Below, piece by piece: positions 45,597 through 57,277 of a DNA stretch of 64,000 nt; within the stretch, counting starts at the first letter, position 1; each line of letters begins with the position of its first letter. A model generated the notes under the pieces. That model did not search any database, was not told the DNA's origin, and worked only from the letters and a program-made list of their open reading frames with translations. Source of the stretch: Actinomycetota bacterium (GTDB taxonomy: Bacteria; Actinomycetota; Acidimicrobiia; Acidimicrobiales; CADCSY01); the NCBI GenBank assembly GCA_019347915.1, contig JAHWKL010000001.1:3612-67611 (forward strand), written 5' to 3'. Position numbers and translations under genes: made by a program.

Positions 45597-45640
45597 CCGC
45601 CCGCTCTCGCCGCCCGGTCGAGCACATCTAACCTGGCGCC

Positions 45641-45733
45641 ATGTACCGGTGGCGTCGGACGATCGTGATCGTCCTGATGGTCGCGCTGGTGTCGCTGGTG
45701 CTGGCCGACGTCATCGTCGGCCTGGCCCGCTAG
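45641..45733 (+). CDS. possible 30-aa membrane peptide
   Basis: MYRWRRTIVIVLMVALVSLVLADVIVGLAR. Below the ORF-track size cutoff. No RBS evident. Confidence 0.2.
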   Translation: MYRWRRTIVIVLMVALVSLVLADVIVGLAR

Positions 45734-45843
45734 GACCTCGCCCGCGGAGGAACACGGCCCGCGGTGCGTGCCCCCGGCATGGACAGCGGCGGTGAGGGGA
45801 ACGCACTACCCGGCCGCGAGACCGCGAGACAAGGAGCTGTGCC

Positions 45844-46017
45844 ATGAGCGGAGGAGACGAGTCCACCGGGCCCGACGCCGGGCCCGACCGCCCGCCCACC
45901 GAGGGCGGGAGCGGTACCCACGAGGTCGGCATCACCGAGGAGCTGGCCGACGAGGAGCAGGACAAGGAGGAAGAGGGGTACGCCCAGGGCGGGAAGGGGC
46001 CAGGCGGACTGGCCTGA
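45844..46017 (+). CDS. possible 57-aa acidic protein
   Basis: ATG follows AAGGAG with a 7-nt spacer: MSGGDESTGPDAGPDRPPTEGGSGTHEVGITEELADEEQDKEEEGYAQGGKGPGGLA. Confidence 0.35.
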   Translation: MSGGDESTGPDAGPDRPPTEGGSGTHEVGITEELADEEQDKEEEGYAQGGKGPGGLA

Positions 46018-46081
46018 CCCCTCACCGAGCAGGCCGCTCCGCCGGCGACCAGGCGGCGTCGCCGGTGAGGCGGCCCATGGC

Positions 46082-46651
46082 TCACTCGGGGGTCGACGTC
46101 TCCTCGGACGCTTCCTCAGCGAGGCGGCTACGGCGCAGGACGAGGATGGCGATGGTCAGGCCGATGACCACGCCGGCCAGGCCGCCCACGGTCACCATGG
46201 CGTCGGTGACCGACTGATCGTGGAGGCGGAACGTCGACAGCGACACCATCTCCTTGATGGCGGCCAGGATGCCGACGACGAGGAACGGCTCGGCGACGAG
46301 CTGGCGCTCGGTGATGATGGTGCGGACGGCGCTCAGCAGCTCGACGAGGATGAACACGATGAGCAGTGAGCTGACCGAGGACTCGACCGCGGGGATGACG
46401 CCGTCGGCAACGCTGGTGGCGAACTTGTAGGCGGCGTGCACCACCACGACCAACGCCCCGCCCACCAGGAGCAGGCCGGTGAGGGCGTAGATGACGTCCT
46501 CGGCGACGTGAAGGCCCCGGTCGGTGATCTGGGCGACCACGTCGTGGCGCTGCTCGGCGGCCTCGGCGGCCACCTCGGTGCGTTCCTCGCGGTCCTCGGT
46601 GCGGTCGCGACGTTCCTGCGTAGGGTCCTGCGTCTCCCCGGCCATGGTCAT
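46082..46651 (-). CDS. four-helix membrane protein (PsiE-like)
   Basis: Acidic N-terminus then four TM segments (IYALTGLLLVGGALVVVV, SSLLIVFILVELL, FLVVGILAAI, GLAGVVIGLTIAILVL). Confidence 0.55.
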   Translation of the reverse strand: MTMAGETQDPTQERRDRTEDREERTEVAAEAAEQRHDVVAQITDRGLHVAEDVIYALTGLLLVGGALVVVVHAAYKFATSVADGVIPAVESSVSSLLIVFILVELLSAVRTIITERQLVAEPFLVVGILAAIKEMVSLSTFRLHDQSVTDAMVTVGGLAGVVIGLTIAILVLRRSRLAEEASEETSTPE

Positions 46652-46742
46652 GCCCCAGTCTCGCCGCGCCGGCCCGAAAACCACCTCATCGCGGCCTCGT
46701 TCAGTTCTCCGGCGGCGTTTGGGGAACGCGGGCCAGCCGGGC

Positions 46743-46892
46743 TCAGCGCTTCCGGGCGGAGCTGGCCACGACGGCAGCCACGACGGCGAGCACGAGCGCC
46801 ACGATGAGCAGCCACCGAACCGCCCGCAGGACCAGCCCGGCCACGCTCAGGGCGACGATGATGGCGAGCAGGACTCCGACGATGCGCCACAT
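46743..46892 (-). CDS. small two-helix membrane protein (49 aa)
   Basis: MWRIVGVLLAIIVALSVAGLVLRAVRWLLIVALVLAVVAAVVASSARKR. Confidence 0.4.
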   Translation of the reverse strand: MWRIVGVLLAIIVALSVAGLVLRAVRWLLIVALVLAVVAAVVASSARKR

Positions 46893-46975
46893 GTGGGCTC
46901 CTTTCCCGGAGGTGCATACTGCCTGCTCGTCGTGCACCCCGCAGACGCGCCGGCGGGCACTCCGGTCGCCGGCCT

Positions 46976-47944
46976 CTAGCCGCGGTAGGGCATGAGGGCG
47001 CCGGGGGGCACGACGCCCAGCCGGCCTGCCTGGAAGTCCTCCACCGCCTGGGCCAGCTCGGCGCGGGTGTTCATCACGAAGGGCCCGTAGGTGGCCACGG
47101 GCTCACGCAGAGGCTGCCCGCCGAGCACCAGGACCTCGAGGTCGAGGTGACGGCTGTCCTGGCGGGCGTCGGCGTCGACCGTGAGGTGGTCCCCAGGACC
47201 GAACACAGCCAGCTGCCCGGAGCTCACCGGCCGGCCCTCCGCCCCCACCCGGCCCGAGCCGCGCAGGACGTAGACCAGCGCGTTGAAGTCGCGGCGCCAC
47301 GGCAGGACGAGACGGCCGCCCGGCGACACGGTGGCGTGCACGAGCGTGATCGGCGTGTGGGTCGAGCCCGGCCCGGCGTGGCCGCCGACGTCGCCGGCGA
47401 TGACGCGGACCAGGGCGCCACCGTCGTCCGAGGCCAGCAGCGTGACCTGGTCGCCCTCGAGGTTCTGGTAGCGGGGGGGGACCATCTTGTCCCTGGCCGG
47501 CAGATTGACCCACAGCTGGATGCCGTGGAACTTGCCGCCACTGACCACCAGCGCCTCGGGCGGTGTCTCGATGTGAAGGATGCCCCGCCCCGCCGTCATC
47601 CACTGGGTGGCGCCGTCGGTGATGATCCCGCCGCCACCGTGGGAGTCCTGGTGCTGGAAGGTGCCGTCGATCATGTAGGTCACTGTCTCGAAGCCGCGGT
47701 GCGGGTGCCACGACGTTCCCCGGGGCTCGTGGGGGCCGTAGTCGACCTCGCCCATCTGGTCCATGTGGACGAACGGGTCGAGATCGGCCCGGTCCACACC
47801 GGCGAAGGCCCTGCGCACGGGGAAGCCCTCGCCCTCGTAGCCGCGGGGCGCGGTGGTCACCGAGCGGACGGGCCGGTCGAGGTGGTCCGCGCCGGGCCGG
47901 GCCAGGCGCGGCAACTGCAGGGTGTCAGCGGTCACAGCGGGCAT
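46976..47944 (-). CDS. pirin family protein
   Basis: GFPVRRAF, HPHRGFETVTYMIDG...H.DS.G..G....G..QWMTAG.GI.H.E, FHGIQLWVNLP. Confidence 0.9.
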   Translation of the reverse strand: MPAVTADTLQLPRLARPGADHLDRPVRSVTTAPRGYEGEGFPVRRAFAGVDRADLDPFVHMDQMGEVDYGPHEPRGTSWHPHRGFETVTYMIDGTFQHQDSHGGGGIITDGATQWMTAGRGILHIETPPEALVVSGGKFHGIQLWVNLPARDKMVPPRYQNLEGDQVTLLASDDGGALVRVIAGDVGGHAGPGSTHTPITLVHATVSPGGRLVLPWRRDFNALVYVLRGSGRVGAEGRPVSSGQLAVFGPGDHLTVDADARQDSRHLDLEVLVLGGQPLREPVATYGPFVMNTRAELAQAVEDFQAGRLGVVPPGALMPYRG

Positions 47945-48107
47945 GGGGACCTCCGTCAGGCAAATGGTTGCACGTGCAACTACCCCCTGTCCAACGCCTC
48001 CCCCCCTCGATCTGTTCCCGCCGCCGAGGACGGGCTCGTCGGCACGGCGTGAAGGGAAGCGGAGCCGCGGGTAGAGGGGCTCCCGTGGCGGCGCAGGGAG
48101 ACAGGGC

Positions 48108-49253
48108 GTGAACGAATCCGTACGGCTGGGTCGTATCGCCGGGGTCGACGTCGGCGTGAACTGGACCGTGTTCGTGATCTTCCTGCTGATCACCTTCGGC
48201 CTCGCCGCCGGCCGCTTCCCGCAGCAGCACCCCGGTCTCGAGCCCGCCGCCTACGTGGTCGCCGGCGTGGCCGCCGGGCTGGTGTTCCTGGCCTCGATCC
48301 TGGCCCACGAGGTCTCCCATGCCCTGGTGGCGCAGCGCAACGGCGTGGAGGTCGACGGGATCGTGCTGTGGCTCTTCGGCGGCGTGGCCCGGCTCCGGGG
48401 CGAGCCCGGCGAGCCTGGCGCCGAGATCCGGGTGGCGGGTGTGGGCCCGCTGGTCAGCGTGGGGCTCGGCGCCGCCTTCGGCGCCATCGCTGTGATGCTC
48501 GACGGGCTCGGGGCCCCGGGCATCACCGTGGGCGTGTTCGGCTGGCTCGCCGTCATCAACGTCGTGCTCGCCGTGTTCAACCTCGTGCCGGCGGCACCGC
48601 TCGACGGGGGGCGGATCCTGCGGGGGCTGCTGTGGAAGCGCCGCGGTGACCGCCTCGGCGCCTCGCTCACCGCCGCCCGCGCCGGGCGGGCCTTCGGCTG
48701 GCTCCTGGTCGTCGTGGGGTTGATCGACTTCGTGGGGGGCGCCGGCGGGGGCGGCCTGTGGCTGGTCCTGATCGGCTGGTTCCTCACCAACGCCGCCGGC
48801 GCCGAAGAGCACCACGCCCAGGTTCGCCACGCCCTCGGCGACGTCCGAGTCGCCCAGGTCATGACCTCCAACCCCGTGGTGGTGCCATCCGACCTCCCCG
48901 TCTCCCGGCTCATCGACGACCACGTCTTCTCCAGCCGCTACTCGAGCTTCCCGCTGGTCGACCGCACGGGCAGGCCTGCCGGGTTGGTCACCCTGAACCG
49001 GGTCAAGCAGCTGCCAGCCGACCGGCGGTCCACCACCACCGTGGCCGACATCGCCTGCCCGCTCGACGAGGTCGCCGTCGCCCGGCCCGACGAGTCGCTG
49101 GCCGACCTGCTCCCCCGCCTGGCCGGTGGCTCCGACGGGCGGGCCCTGGTGCTCGACGGCGAGCGCCTGCTCGGCATCGTCTCGCCCTCCGACGTGGCCC
49201 ACCAGCTCGAGGTGGCTGACCTCCGGGACGCTCGTCGGCCCGAGCACGTCTGA
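48108..49253 (+). CDS. site-2 protease family (M50) zinc metalloprotease with C-terminal CBS pair
   Basis: HEVSHALVA zinc motif, NLVPAAPLDGGRIL, then two CBS-like modules. Confidence 0.85.
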   Translation: MNESVRLGRIAGVDVGVNWTVFVIFLLITFGLAAGRFPQQHPGLEPAAYVVAGVAAGLVFLASILAHEVSHALVAQRNGVEVDGIVLWLFGGVARLRGEPGEPGAEIRVAGVGPLVSVGLGAAFGAIAVMLDGLGAPGITVGVFGWLAVINVVLAVFNLVPAAPLDGGRILRGLLWKRRGDRLGASLTAARAGRAFGWLLVVVGLIDFVGGAGGGGLWLVLIGWFLTNAAGAEEHHAQVRHALGDVRVAQVMTSNPVVVPSDLPVSRLIDDHVFSSRYSSFPLVDRTGRPAGLVTLNRVKQLPADRRSTTTVADIACPLDEVAVARPDESLADLLPRLAGGSDGRALVLDGERLLGIVSPSDVAHQLEVADLRDARRPEHV

Positions 49254-49283
49254 CGACCCGGGTCCTGGCCGCCCGCCTGTCGG

Positions 49284-50081
49284 CTACCCCGTCGCAGTGA
49301 CGGGACGCAGGTCGACCGGCTCCCCCGCTCCTGGGTTGCCCAGCCGTCGAGCGGCGCTCCCTCCCCGGAGGAGGAGCTCGTAGAAGCGCAGCTCTCCCCC
49401 CTCGGACCGTCGCCAGCCGCTGCTACCCGGTGCGAAGGACATGTCACCGTGGCGCACGGCGAAGGTGCCGTCGGTGACCGTGGCGACGGCGCACGAGCCG
49501 CCCACGCACACCTGCACCTGCTGGCCCACGGCGTACGGCGCCTCGGACCAGGTGGTCTTGAGGTTCCCGTACCCGTCGACGTAGGCCACGGCCCGCTCCG
49601 GCGGCGGGGGGATGAGCTCCGGGCGCACCCCGTCGCCCAGGCACTGGCGGTCGCCCCTGGCCAGGGCGGCCACCACCGCAGGGAACAGGTCCCGCGAGCG
49701 AAACTGCGAACCGGCGTCGGGGACCGCGACCTCACGAAGCTCGCAGCCCTCCTGCCGCAGGAACGAGAAACAGTGTTGGGCGTTGACCCCGACGACCACC
49801 GCGCCGGTGCCGGGCAGGGCAGCGATCAACTGCTCGCCCTGGTTGCCGGGGCGGGGGTCGGGCTGGTCGGCCCGAGGGGCGACGTTGGTGTACACGAGGC
49901 GGTCCTCCGGCCCGTCGGTCAACGCCAGTTGGGCGGCGCAGAACCCCGCACTCACCGTGTCGAAGGCGGGCACCGGGGTGACGAAGACCTCGGCCTCGGG
50001 GACGAGGCGGGCCAGCCGCTGGCGGACCTCGGCGAACGCCAGGTCCCCGTGGCCATAGTCGGCGATGAGGTGGATCAGCAC
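49284..50081 (-). CDS. SAM hydroxide adenosyltransferase family (DUF62) protein
   Basis: N-terminal LIADYGHGDLAFAEV, RSRDLFPAVVAAL, VAYVDGYGNLKTT. Confidence 0.7.
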   Translation of the reverse strand: MLIHLIADYGHGDLAFAEVRQRLARLVPEAEVFVTPVPAFDTVSAGFCAAQLALTDGPEDRLVYTNVAPRADQPDPRPGNQGEQLIAALPGTGAVVVGVNAQHCFSFLRQEGCELREVAVPDAGSQFRSRDLFPAVVAALARGDRQCLGDGVRPELIPPPPERAVAYVDGYGNLKTTWSEAPYAVGQQVQVCVGGSCAVATVTDGTFAVRHGDMSFAPGSSGWRRSEGGELRFYELLLRGGSAARRLGNPGAGEPVDLRPVTATG

Positions 50082-50165
50082 CAGGTCATTGTCGCCCCTG
50101 CGCGACCGAACCCGCGTTTTGGGATCGATCGCACCGAAATGACCATCATCCCTTGTGAATGGCTA

Positions 50166-50192
50166 GTTTGTAGCAGTACAGTTAGTACAAAC
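50166..50192. promoter_or_regulatory. inverted repeat GTTTGTA-N13-TACAAAC in an AT-richer stretch, candidate GntR operator/promoter region
   Basis: Read directly. Lies 25 nt upstream of the membrane-protein/GntR operon start. Internal TGTA/TACA elements. Confidence 0.4.
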
Positions 50193-50216
50193 AACGGCCG
50201 GGTCCTGGAGGCGCTC

Positions 50217-51086
50217 GTGGAGACCGACGTCACTGCCATCGTGGTGTTCAGTCTCGTGCACCTGGTGCTGCCCAGTTCGCTGGTGCTCCTCCGGGTCTTC
50301 CGCTTCCCTCGTGAAGCCCAGCTCGCCCAGTGGGCTCGCACCTACGCACTGGAGCTGACCGACGACAACCGCCCCGTCGTCATCGGCTACCTGCGCACGA
50401 CGCGCCGCTTTCGTGCCGTCGGTGGCGCCGGCGGTTGGCTCATCGGTGGACTCCCACTGCTCAGCGGTCAGCCGCTGCCGCCCGGTATCGACGGCTTCGC
50501 CCTGGCGTTGGCCGGTTACTTCGGAGGTGCGGCCCTGGCCGAGCTCCTCTTCAGCCGCCAGCGGACCGGGCCCACTCCCCGACGGGCGAGTCTCGTGCCC
50601 CGGGAGATGGACGACTACCTGGCGCCGTGGGTGTGGCGGATGTCGTGGGCGGCGCTGGCGCTCACCGTCGCGCTCCTGGGCGCGTACGCCGGGCTCGACC
50701 GGATCGGCCCAGGCCCACGATCGGCCTCCGACCTCTTGCCGGGCGTGCTCGGTGCGGCGATGGTGGTCGTGGTGGCCACGTGGGCCCAACGGCGGTTGGT
50801 GCACCGCCCGCAGCCACTGTCGGCCCCCGACCTGGTGGCTGCCGACGACGCCCTGCGTGCCGCCTCGATGTCCACGGCGGCCGGCGCCGGCATCATCACC
50901 GCCCTCCTGGCGCTGTCCAGCGTGCTCTGGAACATTCTGCTGGCGACGGACGCCCCGCCGGTGCGCTGGCTCCTCTACCTGGCCCAGCTGCCCATCTGGT
51001 TGCTGATTGTGGCCAGCCTCTTCTCGGTCTTCCACCCGGAGCCCTGGTGGTTCGGGCGGCGCCATTCCGAGCGGACGGCGGCATGA
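50217..51086 (+). CDS. polytopic membrane protein, unknown function
   Basis: GTG 50217 is in frame with ORF 49449..51086. Several TM helices. ATGA overlap with the downstream GntR gene. Confidence 0.6.
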   Translation: METDVTAIVVFSLVHLVLPSSLVLLRVFRFPREAQLAQWARTYALELTDDNRPVVIGYLRTTRRFRAVGGAGGWLIGGLPLLSGQPLPPGIDGFALALAGYFGGAALAELLFSRQRTGPTPRRASLVPREMDDYLAPWVWRMSWAALALTVALLGAYAGLDRIGPGPRSASDLLPGVLGAAMVVVVATWAQRRLVHRPQPLSAPDLVAADDALRAASMSTAAGAGIITALLALSSVLWNILLATDAPPVRWLLYLAQLPIWLLIVASLFSVFHPEPWWFGRRHSERTAA

Positions 51087-51472
51087 TCGTCGAGATCGAC
51101 CTCGAGTCCCAGGTGCCCCCTTACCGTCAGGTTCGCGACCGGCTGGTCGCCCTGGTGGCCGGCGGCGAGCTCCCCGAGGGCTTCCGCCTCCCACCGGTGC
51201 GCCAGCTGGCCGCCGACCTCGGTTTGGCGGCAAACACCGTCGCCCGGGCCTACCGTGAGCTCGAGCAGGAAGGCGTCATCGTCACCCGGGGACGGAGGGG
51301 GACCTTCGTACGGGCGTCACCCACCGACGTGCGGCCCGATCCCGGCCCCCGGCTCCACGCCGCCGCCGCCGCCTTCGCCGACCAGGCGCGCATCCTGGGC
51401 GTGGACACCCCCACCGCCCTCCGGGCGGCGAGCCACGCCCTGGCCGGACGCCGCCGAGGCGTGGCCACCTGA
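51083..51472 (+). CDS. GntR family (short, YtrA-like) transcriptional regulator
   Basis: PPYRQVRDRLVALVAGGELPEGFRLPPVRQLAADLGLAANTVARAYRELEQEGVIVTRGRRGTFV. Confidence 0.85.
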   Translation: MIVEIDLESQVPPYRQVRDRLVALVAGGELPEGFRLPPVRQLAADLGLAANTVARAYRELEQEGVIVTRGRRGTFVRASPTDVRPDPGPRLHAAAAAFADQARILGVDTPTALRAASHALAGRRRGVAT

Positions 51473-51482
51473 CACAGCGGCC

Positions 51483-51731
51483 TCAGGCGGCCAGCCGCCG
51501 TTGCGCCGGCCGGTCACGCACGCCGCGGGCGCCGGCCAGGCTGGCCACGTCCGCTGCGGTGGGTGAGGACTCGGCGTGGGCCCGCTGGTCCCGCAACCGG
51601 TACCACGGGTCGAGCACCTTGCGGCAATAGCCCCAGGCCATGGCCACGACGGCCGTGACGCCCGTCGCCACGAGGACGGGCGCCATCCAGTACGTCCACG
51701 ACCTCGTCACAGCAAGCACAACCATGTCCAT
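51483..51731 (-). CDS. small membrane protein (82 aa)
   Basis: ATG follows AAGGAGGGAG. MDMVVLAVTRSWTYWMAPVLVATGVTAVVAMAWGY. Confidence 0.5.
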   Translation of the reverse strand: MDMVVLAVTRSWTYWMAPVLVATGVTAVVAMAWGYCRKVLDPWYRLRDQRAHAESSPTAADVASLAGARGVRDRPAQRRLAA

Positions 51732-51853
51732 CGCTCCCTCCTTAGTCTTCCTCCTTTCTCTGTCGCTCGTCGGGAAGCGGTCGGCCACCGCGGCCGGCGG
51801 GACGGCCGAGCACTTCGGCTCGCCGGCCCGCCGCTCGCCCCACAAGGGATCGG

Positions 51854-52297
51854 TCAGACGGCGGTGCTGGAGGCCTCGATGGCCTCGCCGCGGCCGCCAC
51901 CGCTGGAGATGGCCACCTTGCGGGGCTTGGCCTGCTCGGCCACGGGGACGACGACAGTCAGCACGCCGTTGTCGTAGCCCGCCTCGATGTGCTCCGCGTC
52001 GAGGCCCTCCCCGAGGAGGAGTTGGCGGGTGAAGCTGCCCTGCGGCCGCTCGGAGACCAGCACCTCGTCGCCCTCGTGGCGCTGCCAGCGTCGCTCGGCA
52101 CGCACGCTCAGGACGGCCTTCTCGACGGTCAGCTCCAGCGAGTCGGAGTCGATCCCGGGTACGTCGAAGTGGACCACGAAGCGGTCACCCCGGCGGTAGG
52201 CGTCGATGGGCATGACCGACGACCGGTTGCCCGCCCACGGCTGGGCGAGGCGATCGAGGTCCCGGAAGGGGTCGAACCGCACCAACATGATCATCAC
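51854..52297 (-). CDS. Hsp20/alpha-crystallin family small heat-shock protein
   Basis: FDPFRDLDRL, FVVHFDVPGIDSDSLELTVE, GSFTRQLLLG..LD...I.A.Y.NGVLTVVVP. Confidence 0.9.
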   Translation of the reverse strand: MMIMLVRFDPFRDLDRLAQPWAGNRSSVMPIDAYRRGDRFVVHFDVPGIDSDSLELTVEKAVLSVRAERRWQRHEGDEVLVSERPQGSFTRQLLLGEGLDAEHIEAGYDNGVLTVVVPVAEQAKPRKVAISSGGGRGEAIEASSTAV

Positions 52298-52369
52298 CTC
52301 CTGTCGAGCACGTGACTCGGAACGGTGTCGATACCCTGGCGCCGGGGAATGTTCCCCGACGCAGACAAG

Positions 52370-52389
52370 TTGACACTCCCAGACTCAAG
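52370..52389 (+). promoter_or_regulatory. TTGACA -35-like hexamer followed by a half-degenerate HAIR-like (HspR) element; weak call
   Basis: gTTGAca-ctcccag-ACTCAAG compared with HAIR CTTGAGT-N7-ACTCAAG. The right half is exact and the left half matches 4/7. Sits in the hsp20/clpB divergent interval. A nearby palindrome GGGGAA-TG-TTCCCC lies at 52344-52357. Confidence 0.25.
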
Positions 52390-52547
52390 GTTTGTTTTCG
52401 GTGCGGGAAGGGCGCCGGCGCCCGAGCTCAGGATCAGGAGAAGGTGCGCATGGCAGTCCACGCCAACCCCGGCGACGCGAGTGCCGAGGCCGTGGTCCCC
52501 CTGGCGCCCGACAACGCGGCATGCTCGTACGAGGAGGTCTGAACGAG

Positions 52548-55046
<2,499 letters not shown>

Positions 55047-55114
55047 CGTCACCGCCTCGCCGGCGGCCGTGCCCGGTCCGGCCGGGTCCACGGCCGCCGG
55101 TAGCCTCCGCCGCG

Positions 55115-55840
55115 GTGAGCGCACGGCGACGGAGCGGGCTTCTCGCCGTGGTCCTCGCCGTGGTCGTGCTGGTGGCGGGAGGGTGCCGGATCGAGGTCGA
55201 CGTCGGTGTGGACGTCGACGAGGACGGCTCCGGCGCGGTGCGGGTGGCGGTGGCCTTCGACGAGGAGGCGCTCCGGCGGGTCGAGGACCTGTCGGAACAG
55301 CTCGTCCTCGACGACCTGGAGGCGGCGGGATGGACCGTGGAGCCACCTACCGAGCAGCCTGACGGCGGAACGGTGGTGGCGGCCGAGAAGCCCTTCACCA
55401 CCGCCACCGAGCTGGCTCAGGTGATGGAGGAGCTGGCGGGTGCCGGCGGGCCGTTCCGCAACTTCACCGTCGCCCGAGAGACCGGCGTCCTCACCACCAC
55501 CTACACCCTCGAGGGGGAGGTCGACCTCACCGCCGGCGTCGAGGGGTTCGGCGACGATGACCTGCACCAGCGCCTGCAGGGCAGCGGCTTCGGCCTCGAC
55601 CGCGCCTCACTGGAGCGGGAGACGGGCACTCCCCTGGAACAGCTCTTCGACGTGCGGATGATAGCGGACCTGCCGGGCGGCGGCGCCGAGTTCCGGGCGC
55701 CGGTGGGCGAGCGCACCGTCGTGGAGGCCACCTCCCGCCAGCTGCACGCCGAGCGTGTCGCCTGGTTCTCGGTGGCGGCGGTCGCCACCCTCGCCCTGGT
55801 GGTGATCGTCGCCCGCCGAGCCCTCGCCCGGCGGGCGTGA
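55115..55840 (+). CDS. lipoprotein with C-terminal TM helix, unknown function
   Basis: GTG start. LAVVLAVVVLVAGGC lipobox. C-terminal WFSVAAVATLALVVIVA. Confidence 0.65.
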   Translation: MSARRRSGLLAVVLAVVVLVAGGCRIEVDVGVDVDEDGSGAVRVAVAFDEEALRRVEDLSEQLVLDDLEAAGWTVEPPTEQPDGGTVVAAEKPFTTATELAQVMEELAGAGGPFRNFTVARETGVLTTTYTLEGEVDLTAGVEGFGDDDLHQRLQGSGFGLDRASLERETGTPLEQLFDVRMIADLPGGGAEFRAPVGERTVVEATSRQLHAERVAWFSVAAVATLALVVIVARRALARRA

Positions 55841-55893
55841 ACGCCGGCGGATCATCGCCGGCGATGTCATAGAGCCTTCGTAGCATCGCCGGC

Positions 55894-57255
55894 ATGGCCA
55901 AGACGAAGCTCGTCCACCGCTGCGCCGACTGCGGGGGATCGAGTCCCACGTGGCTGGGGCGCTGCCCGGGGTGTGGAGCGTGGAACACGCTGGTGGAGGA
56001 GATGGCCGAGGACCTGGCCCGCCCATGGGGCCCGCCGGCCCACCGGCCGTCCACCGCCGTACCCATCGCCGAGGTCGACCTCGATCAAGGGCGGGTGCGA
56101 CCCACGGGGATCGGTGAGCTCGACCGGGTCCTCGGCGGCGGCCTGGTCCCCGGCTCGGTCACCCTGCTCGGAGGCGAGCCCGGGATCGGCAAGTCGAGCC
56201 TGTTGCTGCAGGCCCTGGGCGCCACCCCCGCCGGCACCCGGTCGCTGCTGGTCACCGCCGAGGAGTCACCCCAGCAGGTCCGGCTCCGGGCCGAGCGTCT
56301 CGGTGCCCTCGCTCCCGGGCTCCACCTGGTGGCCGACCCGGCGGTCCCTTCCATCGTCGCCCACATGGTCGAGCTGAGGCCGGAGATCGTCGTGGTCGAC
56401 TCCATCCAGACCATCTTCGACCCCCAGCTGGGGTCGCCTCCCGGCTCGGTCACCCAGGTCCGAGAATGTGCCCACCGCCTGGTCGGCGCGGCCAAGGAGC
56501 ACGGGATCAGCGTGGTGCTGGTCGGCCACGTCACCAAGGACGGCGCGCTGGCCGGTCCCCGCGCCCTCGAGCACGTGGTCGACACCGTCCTCAGCTTCGA
56601 GGGCGATCGCCACCATGCCCTGCGGCTCCTCCGGGCGGTCAAGCACCGCTTCGGGTCCACCCAGGAGCTGGGCCTGTTCGAGATGACCGACCGGGGACTG
56701 GTCGGCGTTCCCGACCCCAGCGGGTTGTTCCTGTCCGACCGGGCCTCGGGCATCGCCGGCTCGGTGGTCGTGCCCACCGTCGAGGGGCACCGGCCGCTGC
56801 TGGTGGAGGTGCAGGCCCTGGTGTCGCCCACCAAGCTGCCGCAGCCCCGGCGGTCGGCACAGGGCCTCGACGCCGGGCGGTTGTCCCTGCTGCTGGCGGT
56901 GCTCGAGCGCCGGCTGCAGCTGCCCCTCAGCCAGTCCGACGTGCACGCCTCGGCGGTCGGTGGCGTCCGGGTGGTCGAGCCGGCAGCCGACCTGGCCCTG
57001 GCCCTGGCCCTGGTGTCCTCGCGGGGCGACCGACCGGCGCCCGACGACATGGTCGCCTGCGGCGAGGTGGGGCTCGGCGGCGAGCTGCGCCAGGTGGCCC
57101 AGACCGGGCGCCGGCTGGCCGAGGCCGCCCGCCTCGGGTTCCGCCTCGCCGTGGTCCCGGCCTCGGCCCCCGACCCGCCGCCGGGCATCCGGCTGCTGCG
57201 GGCCTCCACGCTCGCCGAGGCCATCCAGGTCGCGCTGGTCGACACCAGTCGGTGA
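55894..57255 (+). CDS. radA: DNA repair protein RadA/Sms
   Basis: N-terminal zinc ribbon CADCG..C..C..W, Walker A GGEPGIGKSS, KNRFG-type motif VKHRFG, Lon-like C-terminus. Confidence 0.95.
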   Translation: MAKTKLVHRCADCGGSSPTWLGRCPGCGAWNTLVEEMAEDLARPWGPPAHRPSTAVPIAEVDLDQGRVRPTGIGELDRVLGGGLVPGSVTLLGGEPGIGKSSLLLQALGATPAGTRSLLVTAEESPQQVRLRAERLGALAPGLHLVADPAVPSIVAHMVELRPEIVVVDSIQTIFDPQLGSPPGSVTQVRECAHRLVGAAKEHGISVVLVGHVTKDGALAGPRALEHVVDTVLSFEGDRHHALRLLRAVKHRFGSTQELGLFEMTDRGLVGVPDPSGLFLSDRASGIAGSVVVPTVEGHRPLLVEVQALVSPTKLPQPRRSAQGLDAGRLSLLLAVLERRLQLPLSQSDVHASAVGGVRVVEPAADLALALALVSSRGDRPAPDDMVACGEVGLGGELRQVAQTGRRLAEAARLGFRLAVVPASAPDPPPGIRLLRASTLAEAIQVALVDTSR

Positions 57256-57277
57256 GCGTGCCGAACGTTCCGGGGGG

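Noticed and set aside
52344-52357. Palindrome GGGGAA-TG-TTCCCC as a CIRCE or RheA operator
   Set aside because: It does not match CIRCE (TTAGCACTC-N9-GAGTGCTAA) or the RheA site as I recall them. It is kept only as a note within the hsp20/clpB regulatory interval.
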